The notes below the pieces were generated by a model. It was given only the letters and a program-made list of their open reading frames with translations. It was not told where the DNA came from and did no database searches. Positions 51,640 through 63,058 of a stretch of 64,000 nt of DNA are shown in pieces. The number at the start of each line of letters is the position of its first letter. Position 1 is the first letter of the stretch. The translations under genes were made by a program, and so were the position numbers. The stretch is taken from positions 868,001 to 932,000 of the forward strand of contig AP026162.1 in the NCBI GenBank assembly GCA_030295235.1, written 5' to 3'. This DNA comes from Fistulifera solaris. Its lineage: Eukaryota.

Positions 51640-52117
51640 GATGAGTGAAAGAAACGATCGTAATTAATGGTTGCAACAAACTATCTTTCTTCATTTATTC
51701 ACCTCTTCCTTTCTCTTCCTGACGCGTTCACGAATCACGAAAAACAAAAACTCGTTCCGGCCTTTTTCTTTTTCGTTTGAGTACCGCTGATATTTCCCCG
51801 GTATTCGTTTTCTATATTGAAATACTTGTTGATGTCGTTGCTTTTTTGGAATTTCAGATTCCTATCGGCGTCCTTTATCAATCAATGTGTAAAGCGATTT
51901 GTTTGAATAGGGAATCTTGATCAAGCCCTTTGTAACCGCAAAAATAGTCCTCCATTATTGAACACGCACTTCGTTCGGCAAAGCCCATCAAAACCGAAAG
52001 ACGCGCCGTTCCACAGGCAACAGCCAGTCAGCAGGCCAACAACAGCGGAAAGCGACCATCAACTCGACGTTGTCATCGTTGTTTACCGAATTAATAAACA
52101 AACAACCCACTTGCATC

Positions 52118-52545
52118 ATGGTTTCCCGTATCCTACTCCTCCTTACTCTTCTTGTGCTTGGAACTGAGGTATGTCGTTAAAGCACGCAACATTAAATTAT
52201 GCTTGGCCCGGCGATTTTCTAGTTTTGCTTCGTCTCGCTCATGTCATCGCTTGTGACTCACCTCCTTTTTTACTCGAACTACAGGCATTTGTTATTCCCA
52301 CTTTGCCTTCCTCTGCCAGCGTATCACCTTTGATGGCCAGCCGCGTCAACGCCAAGAAGGAAAAGATCAAGCGCAACCGTGACAACATGCGCAAGTTCAA
52401 GTCCGTCGGACGCAAGGGAACCAGCCGCAGAAAGATGCTGAAGAAGGCACAAGCTTCCAAAGCTCGTCAAACGGAAGCAGAATTCATTGCTCAGTGTTAC
52501 ATCACCGCCCCTCCCCCGAACTCGGTCGAGGAACCCAAGCAGTAA
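52118..52545 (+). CDS. Small Lys/Arg-rich protein with bipartite plastid-targeting presequence (intron 52169-52284)
   Basis: The spliced product begins MVSRILLLLTLLVLGTE-AFVIP, followed by ASRVNAKKEKIKRNRDNMRKFK..GRKGTSRRK. The GT-AG intron keeps the frame. Confidence 0.75.
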
Positions 52546-52733
52546 ATTGAATTTTTCTTTTAGAATAATTCAAAGTAAATGGGAATGAATGGTGTGATTC
52601 GCGTGCTGTGATTGAGAGTTTGTGGTTCTATTACCTAGACTGCTCGTACTCGCTTTCTATTTATTTAAATTCTTATCGTGAATCAGAAGTTTCCACCACG
52701 TTTCGACTAGCACCAAACTTTTACAAGTATTCC

Positions 52734-54107
52734 CTATTCTTCATCCACTCGCTGACTAACGGCACCGCTTTCCACGGCAATATGCGGGCGCGGCTCAACC
52801 AGTCTTCGGGCAGTCTTTCCCATAGGGTTGGGCCTGTCTTCCAGAGCAGTCTCGTTAGGGAAAAGCTCGCACTGTGCTTTCTGCATCATGATGTGATCCA
52901 TCAATGTCAAAGCAACCATCGCCTCCACCATCGGAACAGCACGAGGTAAAACACAGGGGTCATGGCGACCTTTGCCCCGCAACTCTACTTCTGTTCCGTC
53001 TCGTGTGACAGTTTTCTAGACAAGACAACAAAGAATTGGGCGGTAGTGAGGACGGAGGCTCGATGAAAACATGAAGAATAAAACAACTACGTACCTGTAC
53101 TTGCCCAATCGTAGAAGTCGGCTTGAAAGCAACATGAACTACTATACTCTCTCCGTTGCTGATTCCACCTTGAATGCCACCGGATCGATTAGTTTTAGTT
53201 CGAGTTGCTCCAGTTTCCGGATCAATGTAGAATTCATCATTATGATCCTTCCCACTCAGCAGAGTTCCGGCAAAACCGTCCCCTGACTCAAAGCCTTTGG
53301 CGGCCGGAATGGACATGCAAGCCTTGGCCAAATCAGCCTCTAATTTGTCAAAGACAGGCGCACCTAATCCGGCAGGGACATTGCGAGCGACGCATGTCAC
53401 CACACCCCAATGGAATTTCCCGCCTTTCGAATTTCATCGATCCGCGCCAACATTTTTTCCGCCGAGACCGTATCGGGACAGCGCACAATGTTGGCGTCGA
53501 CGTCTTCCATGGTGAATGTTTCGTCGTCTACGTTTTCCGCCTTGATATCCTGCACCGCCGAAACGTAGGCTAATACTTCGATACCATTGTACATTTTGAG
53601 TAATTTGCGAGCCACCGCACCCGCCGCCACACGCCCAATAGTTTCGCGAGCACTCGAACGTCCTCCACCCGCTACAGCTCGTACTCCGTACTTGGCATCA
53701 TACGTTGCATCCGCATGACTGGGACGATACGCGACTTTCATATCATTGTCCAAATAGTCCTGACTTCTTTGATCCTTGTTTCGCACCAACATGGCAATGG
53801 GAGTACCTAAAGTCAATCCATCCGGCGACAAACCAGAAATAATTTCAACCGCATCTTCTTCATTCCGCGGAGTGGTAATACGAGACTGACCCGGACGCCG
53901 CCGATCCAAATCCATTTGAATCTCTTCGCGTGTCAGAGGAATACGAGGAGGGCAACCGTCAAGTTGTACTCCAACACCTCCTCCGTGTGATTCACCCCAT
54001 GTGCTTATGCGAAAGACGCGACCAAATGTGTTGCCTGTGCCCATGAACAAAGTCAAGGCACTGGTTGTTGGCGTGGCGAGGAATAGAAAGGATACAGAGA
54101 GTCTCAT
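52734..54107 (-). CDS. aroC: Chorismate synthase (intron 53016-53094; frameshift ~53405)
   Basis: Contains [52 protein letters not shown] and [12 protein letters not shown], with an N-terminal signal. Confidence 0.96.
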
Positions 54108-54864
54108 GGTTGAGTAGCAGTTTGATTGTTCGAGCAATTCTCAATGCAGCCAGTACTTCCAGCAGCTTTCAATAAAATCAATCTGTTTGATCTTTCTTTA
54201 ATTTGTAATTTGCGGACTGTCTGATAATAAGCACAGAGCTGCTCTTCAAGTCGATGCCGAAGTGCCGAGGTTCAACTTTTGGAGGATGATGATTCCGTGT
54301 GTTCGACGGTCTGACTTTATTGATGGCGAACGAATGAACGGAGCAAAAAAAAAAGCGGGGCAAAGGGGCAAACCGAGTGACGCGTTTCACGGGACTGAGA
54401 GCCAAGTCAGTCGCGTAATTTGATTTTCTAAGTTTTGGCGTTTCGATTAATGTCGAATGAATCTTGCTTAGGGAATTGAAGAACGTATGCGGCAAATTGT
54501 TCGTACGATATTGTTTGTCGCTTTCGGACCCGAGTTTTGATACTCAAAAATTCAAAAAGTTTTGGGTGCTACCTACATCGGTAAAATTCCTACGGGGCAT
54601 ACGTGAATTTGACGTAGACAATTAAAGCGTTGTATCGTCGCCTTTTTATGATGTGGACCTGATTGTGAACATCATGTTTGAGTGCGACTTATTAATTAAT
54701 GTCGGTTACCTGGTAATGGTTTATTGGAATGGCAGTCGAACATACGCGAAAAACGGATGATGTCAAATTACACAAATCCGGGTGCCCCGAACGAAGCAAC
54801 CAAAAGAGGACGAAGAGCGCCGTCGTTCAGAATCGTTATGAGCGCGAAAAATGTCTAGAACACA

Positions 54865-56040
54865 ATGGCAATACTAGTCTTCTGGTTCATCTTCCTTATC
54901 GGTGTTCTATTGACGACAGGACGAACAAACGCGCAGTATGGAGATCTGATTTTGCCAGGACACACGAAACAAAACGACTACTCATTGCCCCTCCCGCACA
55001 CTTATTCGACCGATTTACCGCGAGCGTTCTCTTGGCTTGATGTAAATGGTGTTTCGTACTTGACACACTCTTTGAATCAACATATTCCGCAATATTGTGG
55101 AAGCTGTTGGGCGCACTCCGCATTATCTGTTCTAGCGGACCGAATCAAGATTGCTCGACGCTACGATGTCATACAACGAAAACCAAAAGAACGCTTCAAT
55201 GCCGCAATCTACAATCATGACGATCTCAACTTTTCGGTTCAATTCCTCTTGAATTGTGGATCACACATGGCTGGATCGTGCAAAGGGGGATCCGCGACTG
55301 GCACTTTCCAATTTATACAACACGTTGGTTTCATCCCGGTCGACACATGCCAAAATTATATCGCTTGCTCGGATGACTCAGATGAAGGTTTCTGTGCTTT
55401 TGTCAATACAACCTGCCTGGATATTAATGTATGCAAAACCTGTTCGCCCTCGGAAGGTTGTCGAGCCGTCAAAACGTTCCCCAATGCGACTGTAGCGGAG
55501 TTTGGGACGTATCATTTCGACACAGCTGCCATGATGGCCGGTAAGTTTCCAAGTTGACCCGAAAGTACTTCCGCGTGAGACTCATCTATCTATCGCTTAG
55601 AAATTTACCACCGAGGGCCGATCAAAGCCTCTGTGGACGCCACGTTTCTTGTCAATTACACGGGAGGAGTTATCTGGGATGCCCCCGACTTCCATTCACG
55701 ACGTCACAATCACGGAGTCGAGATTGTAGGCTGGGGCTATGACGAAGAAAAAGGTACGAGCCTTGGGCTGCGTTCCCGCATAAATGGTTCATCTCTAAAA
55801 GTGTTTTCAGATCGTCAGTACTGGGTGGTGCGAAATTCATGGGGTACCTATTGGGGTGAAACGTCGTTTTTTCGTGTCGAACTAGGAAAAAACTTACTGA
55901 TGATTGAAAGCAACATTGCTTGGGTCACACCAAAATCATTTTCCGTTTGGGGTTGTGACACAAACATGAACTGCGGGCTTCAGGAGGAACTCTACATCGA
56001 TCCTTCCTTTTACCTCGCACAGTTTCGTAGCACGGGTTGA
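54865..56040 (+). CDS. CTSZ: Cathepsin Z/X-like papain-family (C1A) cysteine peptidase (introns 55541-55600, 55754-55810)
   Basis: Has a signal peptide, NQHIPQYCGSCWAH (with the cathepsin X HIP mini-loop), NHGVEIVGWG and WVVRNSWG. Confidence 0.9.
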
Positions 56041-56576
56041 AACCGACAACCAAAATGAGCAACGCTGGTAAATTCACAAGTCGCGTTTGAATATCATCTG
56101 TGGACTGTTGTAACAAGAATATATTTTAAATGTACAGTTTAAGGGGCGAAGTAACTTCGCTCGATCCAGGCCTTGTCGGTCTGGTGCATTTCATACGAGG
56201 CAAAGATCGTATTTCGCTCCAACATCATTAACAAAAGTATTAATTTTGAGGATGAATATACCTTTATCTTTAGAAATGCTGATCAAAGACAAGTGCTTAG
56301 ATATTGATTCAAGTAATAATGAGTGCGGTCAATAGTTTACGGGACTGCGGTGGGTCGTCGTCCGGAAACATGCTACACTTCAAGCGATACTCGAAAGTCT
56401 ACTACCTGTACGTTGGTTCACGTAGGACTCCGTATGGAAATTTATCTGCACAGCGGAACCCGGATATTGATCTTTGTATTATTTTTTCGCAAGGAAAACA
56501 AGCACGACAATGACGCTTGATTATAAAGAAGTCGTCGTCGAAACTTCACTTATCTTATCCGAAAAATGTCGCTGCT

Positions 56577-57341
56577 ATGTCGACCGAACCTATAGAACAA
56601 TGTTTCAGCGAAGATGAAGCGGAGTCGCTTGTCAAGGACGCGCATTGTGGTTCGGAGGATCAGACCTTTCGTCCGAGTCATCCCAGTCTAAAAGAAGACA
56701 GTCAGTCGCCGTTTAAACGGCAAAAGTTGATTGACGGGGAAACGCCTAAAACGAACCCCTTTGCAAGATTTGCTCATCAAAGCGGGTCCACCAACAATGC
56801 GCACGTAATTGCATCTCGTCCCGTTTCAACACAGCAAAGAAAAACGTGCAAGAAAAATGACAAGAAATGCAATGAAGCCCCTCCTCGGATGGATACTTTG
56901 AGCCCAGAAGAAGTGGAAAAAGTCAAACAAAAGTGGTATAGCTTTCTACAAATGGGTGATTCTGTGGAGGATCAGAGGTTTCAGCTGCTTGTTGCGGCCC
57001 GTCTTCATGCCCGATGTCAAGACAAAGCGGTTCACCAAGCCATGATCGAGCTTCGCAAAGCACTCCATCCAATGTCATTTTCAGCTGAAACTGTAGCTCG
57101 AGCTGATCCAAACCAATTACAGGAGTGCATTTCTAATTTACAGTTCTATTCCGTGAAAGCAAAGCAAATTGTGCAGGCGGCGAATGAGATTGTCGATCAG
57201 TATAGTGGCCAGGTTCCAGAATCCGAGTCCAGCTTGATGAAAGTGACGGGGATTGGGCCTGTATTTGCAGACTTACTGGCGACAATCAACACACGGGCCG
57301 AGCATCAGAAGAGGAGAGGCGATCTTTATTGGTATCGATGA
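56577..57341 (+). CDS. HhH-GPD / endonuclease III-like protein, truncated after the HhH motif
   Basis: Contains RFQLLVAARL, FYSVKAKQI, Y.GQVP and LMKVTGIGP. No downstream catalytic Asp region or FeS motif is present. Confidence 0.7.
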   Translation: MSTEPIEQCFSEDEAESLVKDAHCGSEDQTFRPSHPSLKEDSQSPFKRQKLIDGETPKTNPFARFAHQSGSTNNAHVIASRPVSTQQRKTCKKNDKKCNEAPPRMDTLSPEEVEKVKQKWYSFLQMGDSVEDQRFQLLVAARLHARCQDKAVHQAMIELRKALHPMSFSAETVARADPNQLQECISNLQFYSVKAKQIVQAANEIVDQYSGQVPESESSLMKVTGIGPVFADLLATINTRAEHQKRRGDLYWYR

Positions 57342-57658
57342 CGACGTTCGAACCTAGTTGATACTTTATTAATTTTTTCGCAAAGCAAGTCTTGCAGCAA
57401 GCTTCTCGGTACAACTTATACCGCCTTGTTTCCGTATCTTGAACAGGAAAAAAATTAACACACAGGATCAGAGTTCAAACTGTTTAGTCGATTGCTACTC
57501 TGTCCCTTGTCTCCTGTTAGCAGATCAAGCAATAAAAATCTCAAGGACATTTATAGAAACAACAATATCAATCCTGTTTAATTTTCAAAACTTTTCATCA
57601 ATCTAAATTCTAAATCATGGCGTGCACATGCGGGCTCTTTCAAGTCAGACACTTCCGA

Positions 57659-58468
57659 TCACTCCCAAATATGGCTTTCTGTACTTTCATTCGTCCCTTC
57701 ATGACTTTTCAAGGTCTGGCAATAATCTTCTCGCTGTCGCTCGGCATTATCGAATTGTTCTCGCGCTTGTTCTAAGGACAGCGCCACCCATTCTTTTCGT
57801 CGCCGATTCGTTCGACTCAGAGCCGGCATTCCACGACGCGCCCAGGATAGGGCCTTCGCCATGTTTTGCTCGCGAAGAGCAAGCAAGACCAGCAATTGTG
57901 GAACTTCGATGTGCCATGGTTTCAAATAGAGAGCATGCAAAGCCATTTCATAGGATTCTTCGGTTCTGCCTTTGTAAAACAGCAGTGTCGCCAAGCGAAT
58001 GACCGGTTCGGCCCAACCAGGTTGTTCTTGAATCATACGACGCAACACTACCTCCTCTTGCAACAATCCCACAGAACATTCTTTTTCCATTTCCATGATT
58101 GTAGTAGCATATTCATCACCTCGTTCGGCGATCCAAAGATGCATGAGTTCTTCGACCGCATCGTCGGAATCGTTCAACGACGCGAGCAATTGAATCTCAA
58201 TTTCGCGACGACGACGGGACACACTGCTCAGCATGACGGGCATATCTTCATCTTTCAAAAATACTTGTTGCGAGACCGAGTCTTCCGAAAACAAGCTTTC
58301 AAAGAGTTGACGTGCCGAGTCAATATCAGGCAAATCGCGTCCGACGGCATGATGTTCTGGGACGAGCGATGGCATGTTTCTGGCCCTCTGTGGAAGCAAA
58401 ACAAAGGCGTGGCTTCTGAGGGTGGCAGTAGCCACTGCTATAAAGGATAGGATGATTCGGAGGCACAT
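57659..58468 (-). CDS. TPR-like helical protein with predicted plastid-targeting presequence
   Basis: Starts MCLRIILSFIAVATATLRSHAFV. The TPR-like segment is P.WAEP..RLATLLFY.G..EES.....AL.LKPWH. Confidence 0.6.
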   Translation of the reverse strand: MCLRIILSFIAVATATLRSHAFVLLPQRARNMPSLVPEHHAVGRDLPDIDSARQLFESLFSEDSVSQQVFLKDEDMPVMLSSVSRRRREIEIQLLASLNDSDDAVEELMHLWIAERGDEYATTIMEMEKECSVGLLQEEVVLRRMIQEQPGWAEPVIRLATLLFYKGRTEESYEMALHALYLKPWHIEVPQLLVLLALREQNMAKALSWARRGMPALSRTNRRRKEWVALSLEQAREQFDNAERQREDYCQTLKSHEGTNESTESHIWE

Positions 58469-58742
58469 GATGTAATGGAAGAGAAAAATAACCATTTTGA
58501 TGCAAAACATCACATCTGCGTTGACGCTTGTCATAAGGATGAAAAGCGACGAACAAGATACGTTTGTTCTTCGGCGGAAACGGCTTCTGTTCGCGATGCA
58601 CTTCACACGCGGTAAGACATCACAAAAGTAAACAATAATCTCACTCTTTTCACCATAGTGTCGTTTATTATCGCGCAATATAATCATCACGAAGAACACC
58701 GAACACAAACATTACGACAACAACAGATGCTTATAATCAAAC

Positions 58743-59586
58743 ATGGGGTTCTTCTCATCCTTTGACGGTAAGTGCACCCGCACACCATCGTGATTTTATC
58801 GTTTTCAACGATGCTCACAACATCACAACACGCGCAGAGGCGATCGACGACGTCGAAGAATATTGGGAGACGAAATGGAACACCTTTTGTGACAAGGTTG
58901 CCGCGAGTGGAGTACTCGGAACGAAGTTTGCGGATCATGTTTTGCGCAAACTCACCGTAACGGCACCCGTGATATTGTCGTTTGTGTTGGTATGCACAGT
59001 CCTCCATTTTATCGGTGGATGGTCCGAGAGCGTACAACGGATGCTGGCTGTTCATGATACATGGAACACTAGCCGCCCCTTGCAGTACACGTCTCTTGTG
59101 ACGCACATTTTTGTTCATTCCAGTTTTGGTCATTTGAGAGGGAACATGACTCATCTATTGCTCGTCGGTCCTTCCGTCGAACACGCCTTTGGATCACAGA
59201 ATATCTCGATCATTATGATGGTAGTCGCCATTGTTTCGGCATTCGCTCATATTCTGGTCGGAAATAACTATTCTCATCAACTGGGAGCGTCGGGGGTCGT
59301 TTTCGCGTGTATTGTGCTTAATTCTCTGGTCGGTGCTAGTCACGGCAAGATACCATTGGCCTTTGTTTTAGTAGCCGTTCTCTATCTTGGTGAAGAATTG
59401 GCTTTATTCTTCAATATTTGGAATCCAGATGGAATTTCTCATCATGCCCATCTCACTGGAGGTATCGTGGGTGCGGTGGCGGGCTTTTACATACATCGAC
59501 AACAAAGCAAAAAGGTTCCAGTAAGAGCCAACACAATTGCGAACTTGTGGAAAAGCAAGCCAGTATTAACCAAAAAGAAGAAGTAA
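58743..59586 (+). CDS. Rhomboid-family intramembrane serine protease (intron 58768-58837)
   Basis: Contains H..HL.GNM, catalytic GASG, HHAHLTGG and several hydrophobic helices. Confidence 0.88.
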
Positions 59587-59948
59587 TGTGAAAAGCAACA
59601 AATAACGAAATTAATCATACAAAAAAGTATATCCGGATTCCCCTCTAACGATAAATAATTTCCCCACGTGAAATAATTACGTAGGTCTAGACATTCGAAG
59701 CGCTGCATCATTCGTTCCAATAACGTTTTGTTTTCAAATCTATGAGCTTTTGTTGCTTCGTGACACGAAGCAAATACGGTGGAAAAGTAACTTTGGCATC
59801 TGTCCGCTGTTGATGCAGGAATTGGATATTCGCAAAATAATCTATACCTGGGTACCCCTAGACTACAGAGATAAAAAATAATTTTCTACGACGGCTACAT
59901 ATAATATGCGTAGACCCACTAAGCGTTGTGTCTTTTAACAGTTATTTC

Positions 59949-60055
59949 ATGTTTCAATGATACATCAATGTCGATTGCTGTTTCATGACATGCATTAGCG
60001 ATGTTGAGTGAAGTATTGTTGACACTGGCGTCCAAAAGACAAACGAATAGCAAAC
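59949..60055 (+). repeat. Left copy of a ~105-bp diverged direct repeat (right copy 61200-61306)
   Basis: atgtttcaatgata..gtcgatt..tgtttcatg.catgcattagcgatgttg..gtattgt.gaca.tggcgtccaaaa.gacaa is present at both positions. Confidence 0.85.
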
Positions 60056-60081
60056 TGAATCGAAACATTTTTTTCGTGAAT

Positions 60082-60983
60082 TCTTGAAATTTCGCTATCA
60101 CGCGGAGTGTTAGTTTACGCCAGCCAAGACTGGGTTGTACTGTAGTCATGAGTCATGAACCGAACAACAAAGGGTTCCGTTTTGCGTCTCTCGCATCCGT
60201 CCATTGTCATTCAACCGCGAATATAATTACAATTACGGGTAAATAAAGTCACAACAACGATGATTCTGAACTACTTGTCAAGAGTTTCTTTTATTTTCAC
60301 GTCGAAAGTCCGAGGATCGACACCTTGAATTTCCACTATAGGACGTAATGTTGGTTTACGCCAGCCAAGACTGGGTTGTACTGTAGTCATGAGTCATGAA
60401 CCGAACAACAAAGGGTTCCGTTCTGCGTCTCTCGCATCCGTCCATTGTCATTCAGCTGCGAATATAATTACAATTACGGGTAAATAAAGTCGCAACAACG
60501 ATGATATTGAAGTACTTGTCAAGAGCTTCTTTTATTTTCACGTCGAAAGTCCGAGGATCGACACCTTGAATTTCCACTATAGGACGTAATGTTGGTTTAC
60601 GCCAGCCAAGACTGGGTTGTACTGTAGTCATGAGTCATGAACCGAACAACAAAGGGATCCGTTTTGCGGCGAATATATTTATAATACGGAGTATATAATT
60701 ATGGGTTTAAATAAAGTCGCAACAACGATGATTCTGAACTACTTGCCAAGAGTTTCTTTTATTTTCACGTCGAAAGTCCGAGGATCGACACCTTGAATTT
60801 CCACTATAGGACGTAATGTTGGTTTACGCCAGCCAAGACTGGGTTGTACTGTAGTCATGAGTCATGAACCGAACAACAAAGGGATCCGTTTTGCGGCGAA
60901 TATATTTATAATACGGAGTACCCCGGAGTATATAATTATGGGTTTAAATAAAGTCGCAACAACGATGATTCTGAACTACTTGT
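60082..60983. repeat. Tandem array of ~3.7 units of 227-241 bp
   Basis: gtttacgccagccaagactggg recurs at 60113, 60354, 60595 and 60822. Confidence 0.95.
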
Positions 60984-61321
60984 TAAAAGTTAGGTGCTAA
61001 CGTATTTGAAGTAAATCGATAGAACTGATTCAGACTGGTTGTTACAACGACATCCGGTTGGCTGACTGGGAACCCTAGAGAAAGAATACGTATTTTTTCT
61101 AGGGGGAAAACCCCTCAAGATTCTCATCTACGGCGCGGAGCGCCACCGAGATCAACTCGACCCACTACCACAACCGTATCGAACCCAGCCCCTCCACAAA
61201 TGTTTCAATGATAACTGAAGTCGATTATTGTTTCATGGCATGCATTAGCGATGTTGGGCAATGTATTGTGGACATTGGCGTCCAAAAAGACAACGAGTAG
61301 TAAAAAATTGTCCGCATTTTG

Positions 61322-62128
61322 TTACTGTACTTTTGAACGTATCACCCAAATATCTTCACTCACGACTCCGCCAAAGCGCCATCGCAAAATTAATCGTTTG
61401 TACCACGCTTCATTGAAAAAGGCATCGCTGACACTTTCAATACACTCCACCGAGGCGATCCAGGGTTGATGCTCAAACAAATGTAGCACTTGATCTCTGT
61501 TTAACGTAAAAGGAGGCCCCAAAGTTGTTTCGCTATTGGGACGAATGTATCCAGATAGTAAGAGCACTCCACCAGGTTTCAGTACAGATCCCAGCACTTG
61601 AACATATTCTTCACGATCGCTCGGTTTAATCGCTACCATAGCGGCCCGATCCCATACCACATCGAATTTTCCCGCCACGACTGGACCAAAATGAAAGAAG
61701 TTCCCACACAACAACCATATCTTCTCGCCACGAAAGCAATCAAATCCATTCTTCGATTCCACCGCTTCCATTTGTAGATTGGGATTCTCTTGCATAAATT
61801 CTTGCACGCCTTGGAGTACACCTTCCACTCCAATCACTTCTTTAGCTTTGGTGGTCAAGTAAGCTAAATCCACTGTCTTTCCGCAAAGTGGCACAAGGAC
61901 TCGCGATTCTTTGTGAATAAAATCATCTCCATATTTCTCTAACGCCCAATAGACATCAGGTTGATGCCATCGAGTCATGCCGGTATCCCATCGTTTCTTC
62001 CACGAATCTAGCGCACCGACCTCCTCGGATTGCGTCCGCAACGAGCGAGTATTTTTACTTAGAACGAAAGCGGCAGCGGCTGCCGCTGTAGGAGCGAGCA
62101 CACGGTATGTTCTGTAGCATTGCATCAT
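61322..62128 (-). CDS. TPMT: Thiopurine S-methyltransferase family protein
   Basis: Contains W.KRW..G...WH, RVLVPLCGKTVDL, FDVVWDRAAMVAI and GPPF. Confidence 0.88.
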   Translation of the reverse strand: MMQCYRTYRVLAPTAAAAAAFVLSKNTRSLRTQSEEVGALDSWKKRWDTGMTRWHQPDVYWALEKYGDDFIHKESRVLVPLCGKTVDLAYLTTKAKEVIGVEGVLQGVQEFMQENPNLQMEAVESKNGFDCFRGEKIWLLCGNFFHFGPVVAGKFDVVWDRAAMVAIKPSDREEYVQVLGSVLKPGGVLLLSGYIRPNSETTLGPPFTLNRDQVLHLFEHQPWIASVECIESVSDAFFNEAWYKRLILRWRFGGVVSEDIWVIRSKVQ

Positions 62129-62267
62129 GCTTATGTTTCCATCTCGAGTTAATTAACGAAAGAATTTAAAAAAAAATACTCCGTCTTTAACAATTGTCGT
62201 TGAAAGCCCAGCAAAGATCCTTTTTTGTCGAAGATGACGACGACGACTCCCTTCTCACTCATCGACA

Positions 62268-62885
62268 ACCCGCAGATTTCCTGGGAACTTGATAATACAA
62301 CTGGTCCAGCTTATCTGGACCAGTGTAAATACTCAATCACCAAGATTTTCTGGAAACTTGAAAAATACACGTGGTCCAGAAAATCTGGACCACTGTAAAT
62401 ACCAAACACCCAGATTTCCAGGGAACGCGAAATACAGCTGGTCCAGAGTTTCTGGACCAGTATAATTACCACAGACCCAGATTTCCTGGGAACGTCAAAA
62501 TACAACACTCCAGATTTTCTGGACCAATGTAAATACCCTACTCCCAGATTTCCTTAAAACGTGAGAATACAACAGGTCCAGATTTTCTGGACCGTTGTAA
62601 ATACTACACATCCATGTTTTCTGGAAACATGAAACTACAATTGGTCTAATTTTCTGCACTAGTGTAATTACCACGCCCCCAGATTTCCTGGGAGTGTGAA
62701 ATACAACACCTCCAGATTTTCTGGACCACCGTAAATACCACTCACCCAGATCTCCTGGGAACGTGAAAAAATACAAAACCTCCAGATTTTCTGGACTAGT
62801 GTAAAGTCCTGGGACCGTGAAAGCATCACGCGTGCCCAAATTTTCTGGACCACGCATTCCCAGAAAATTTGGGAGTGTGGTGTTT
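62268..62885 (-). repeat. Degenerate ~34-bp satellite (alternating dimer), related to the 34-bp unit at 41.3/42.9 kb
   Basis: ccagatttcctgggaacgtgaaatacaacac resembles the reverse complement of the 34-bp unit (ccacattttctgggtacgtgataacaccac). It alternates with ccagattttctggaccagtgtaaata. Confidence 0.8.
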
Positions 62886-63058
62886 GGTGAATTTTCACGA
62901 TAATATCTTCGTGACGGCGGAGGCAGCGCGGTAAAAAAGCGTCCGCAGCGAGCATCCCTTCAATTCCATCCATAACGCTGCTTTTTACTTTTGCAGCTCG
63001 ACCTTATTACTAGTAAAATAAAATATCAGCATTGTTGCTCATCGTTTATTTACACAAT

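Noticed and set aside
61075..61145. Helitron 3' end (hairpin + CTAG)
   Set aside because: The spacing and flanking base do not fit the canonical pattern, and no 5' TC terminus or Rep/helicase could be identified.
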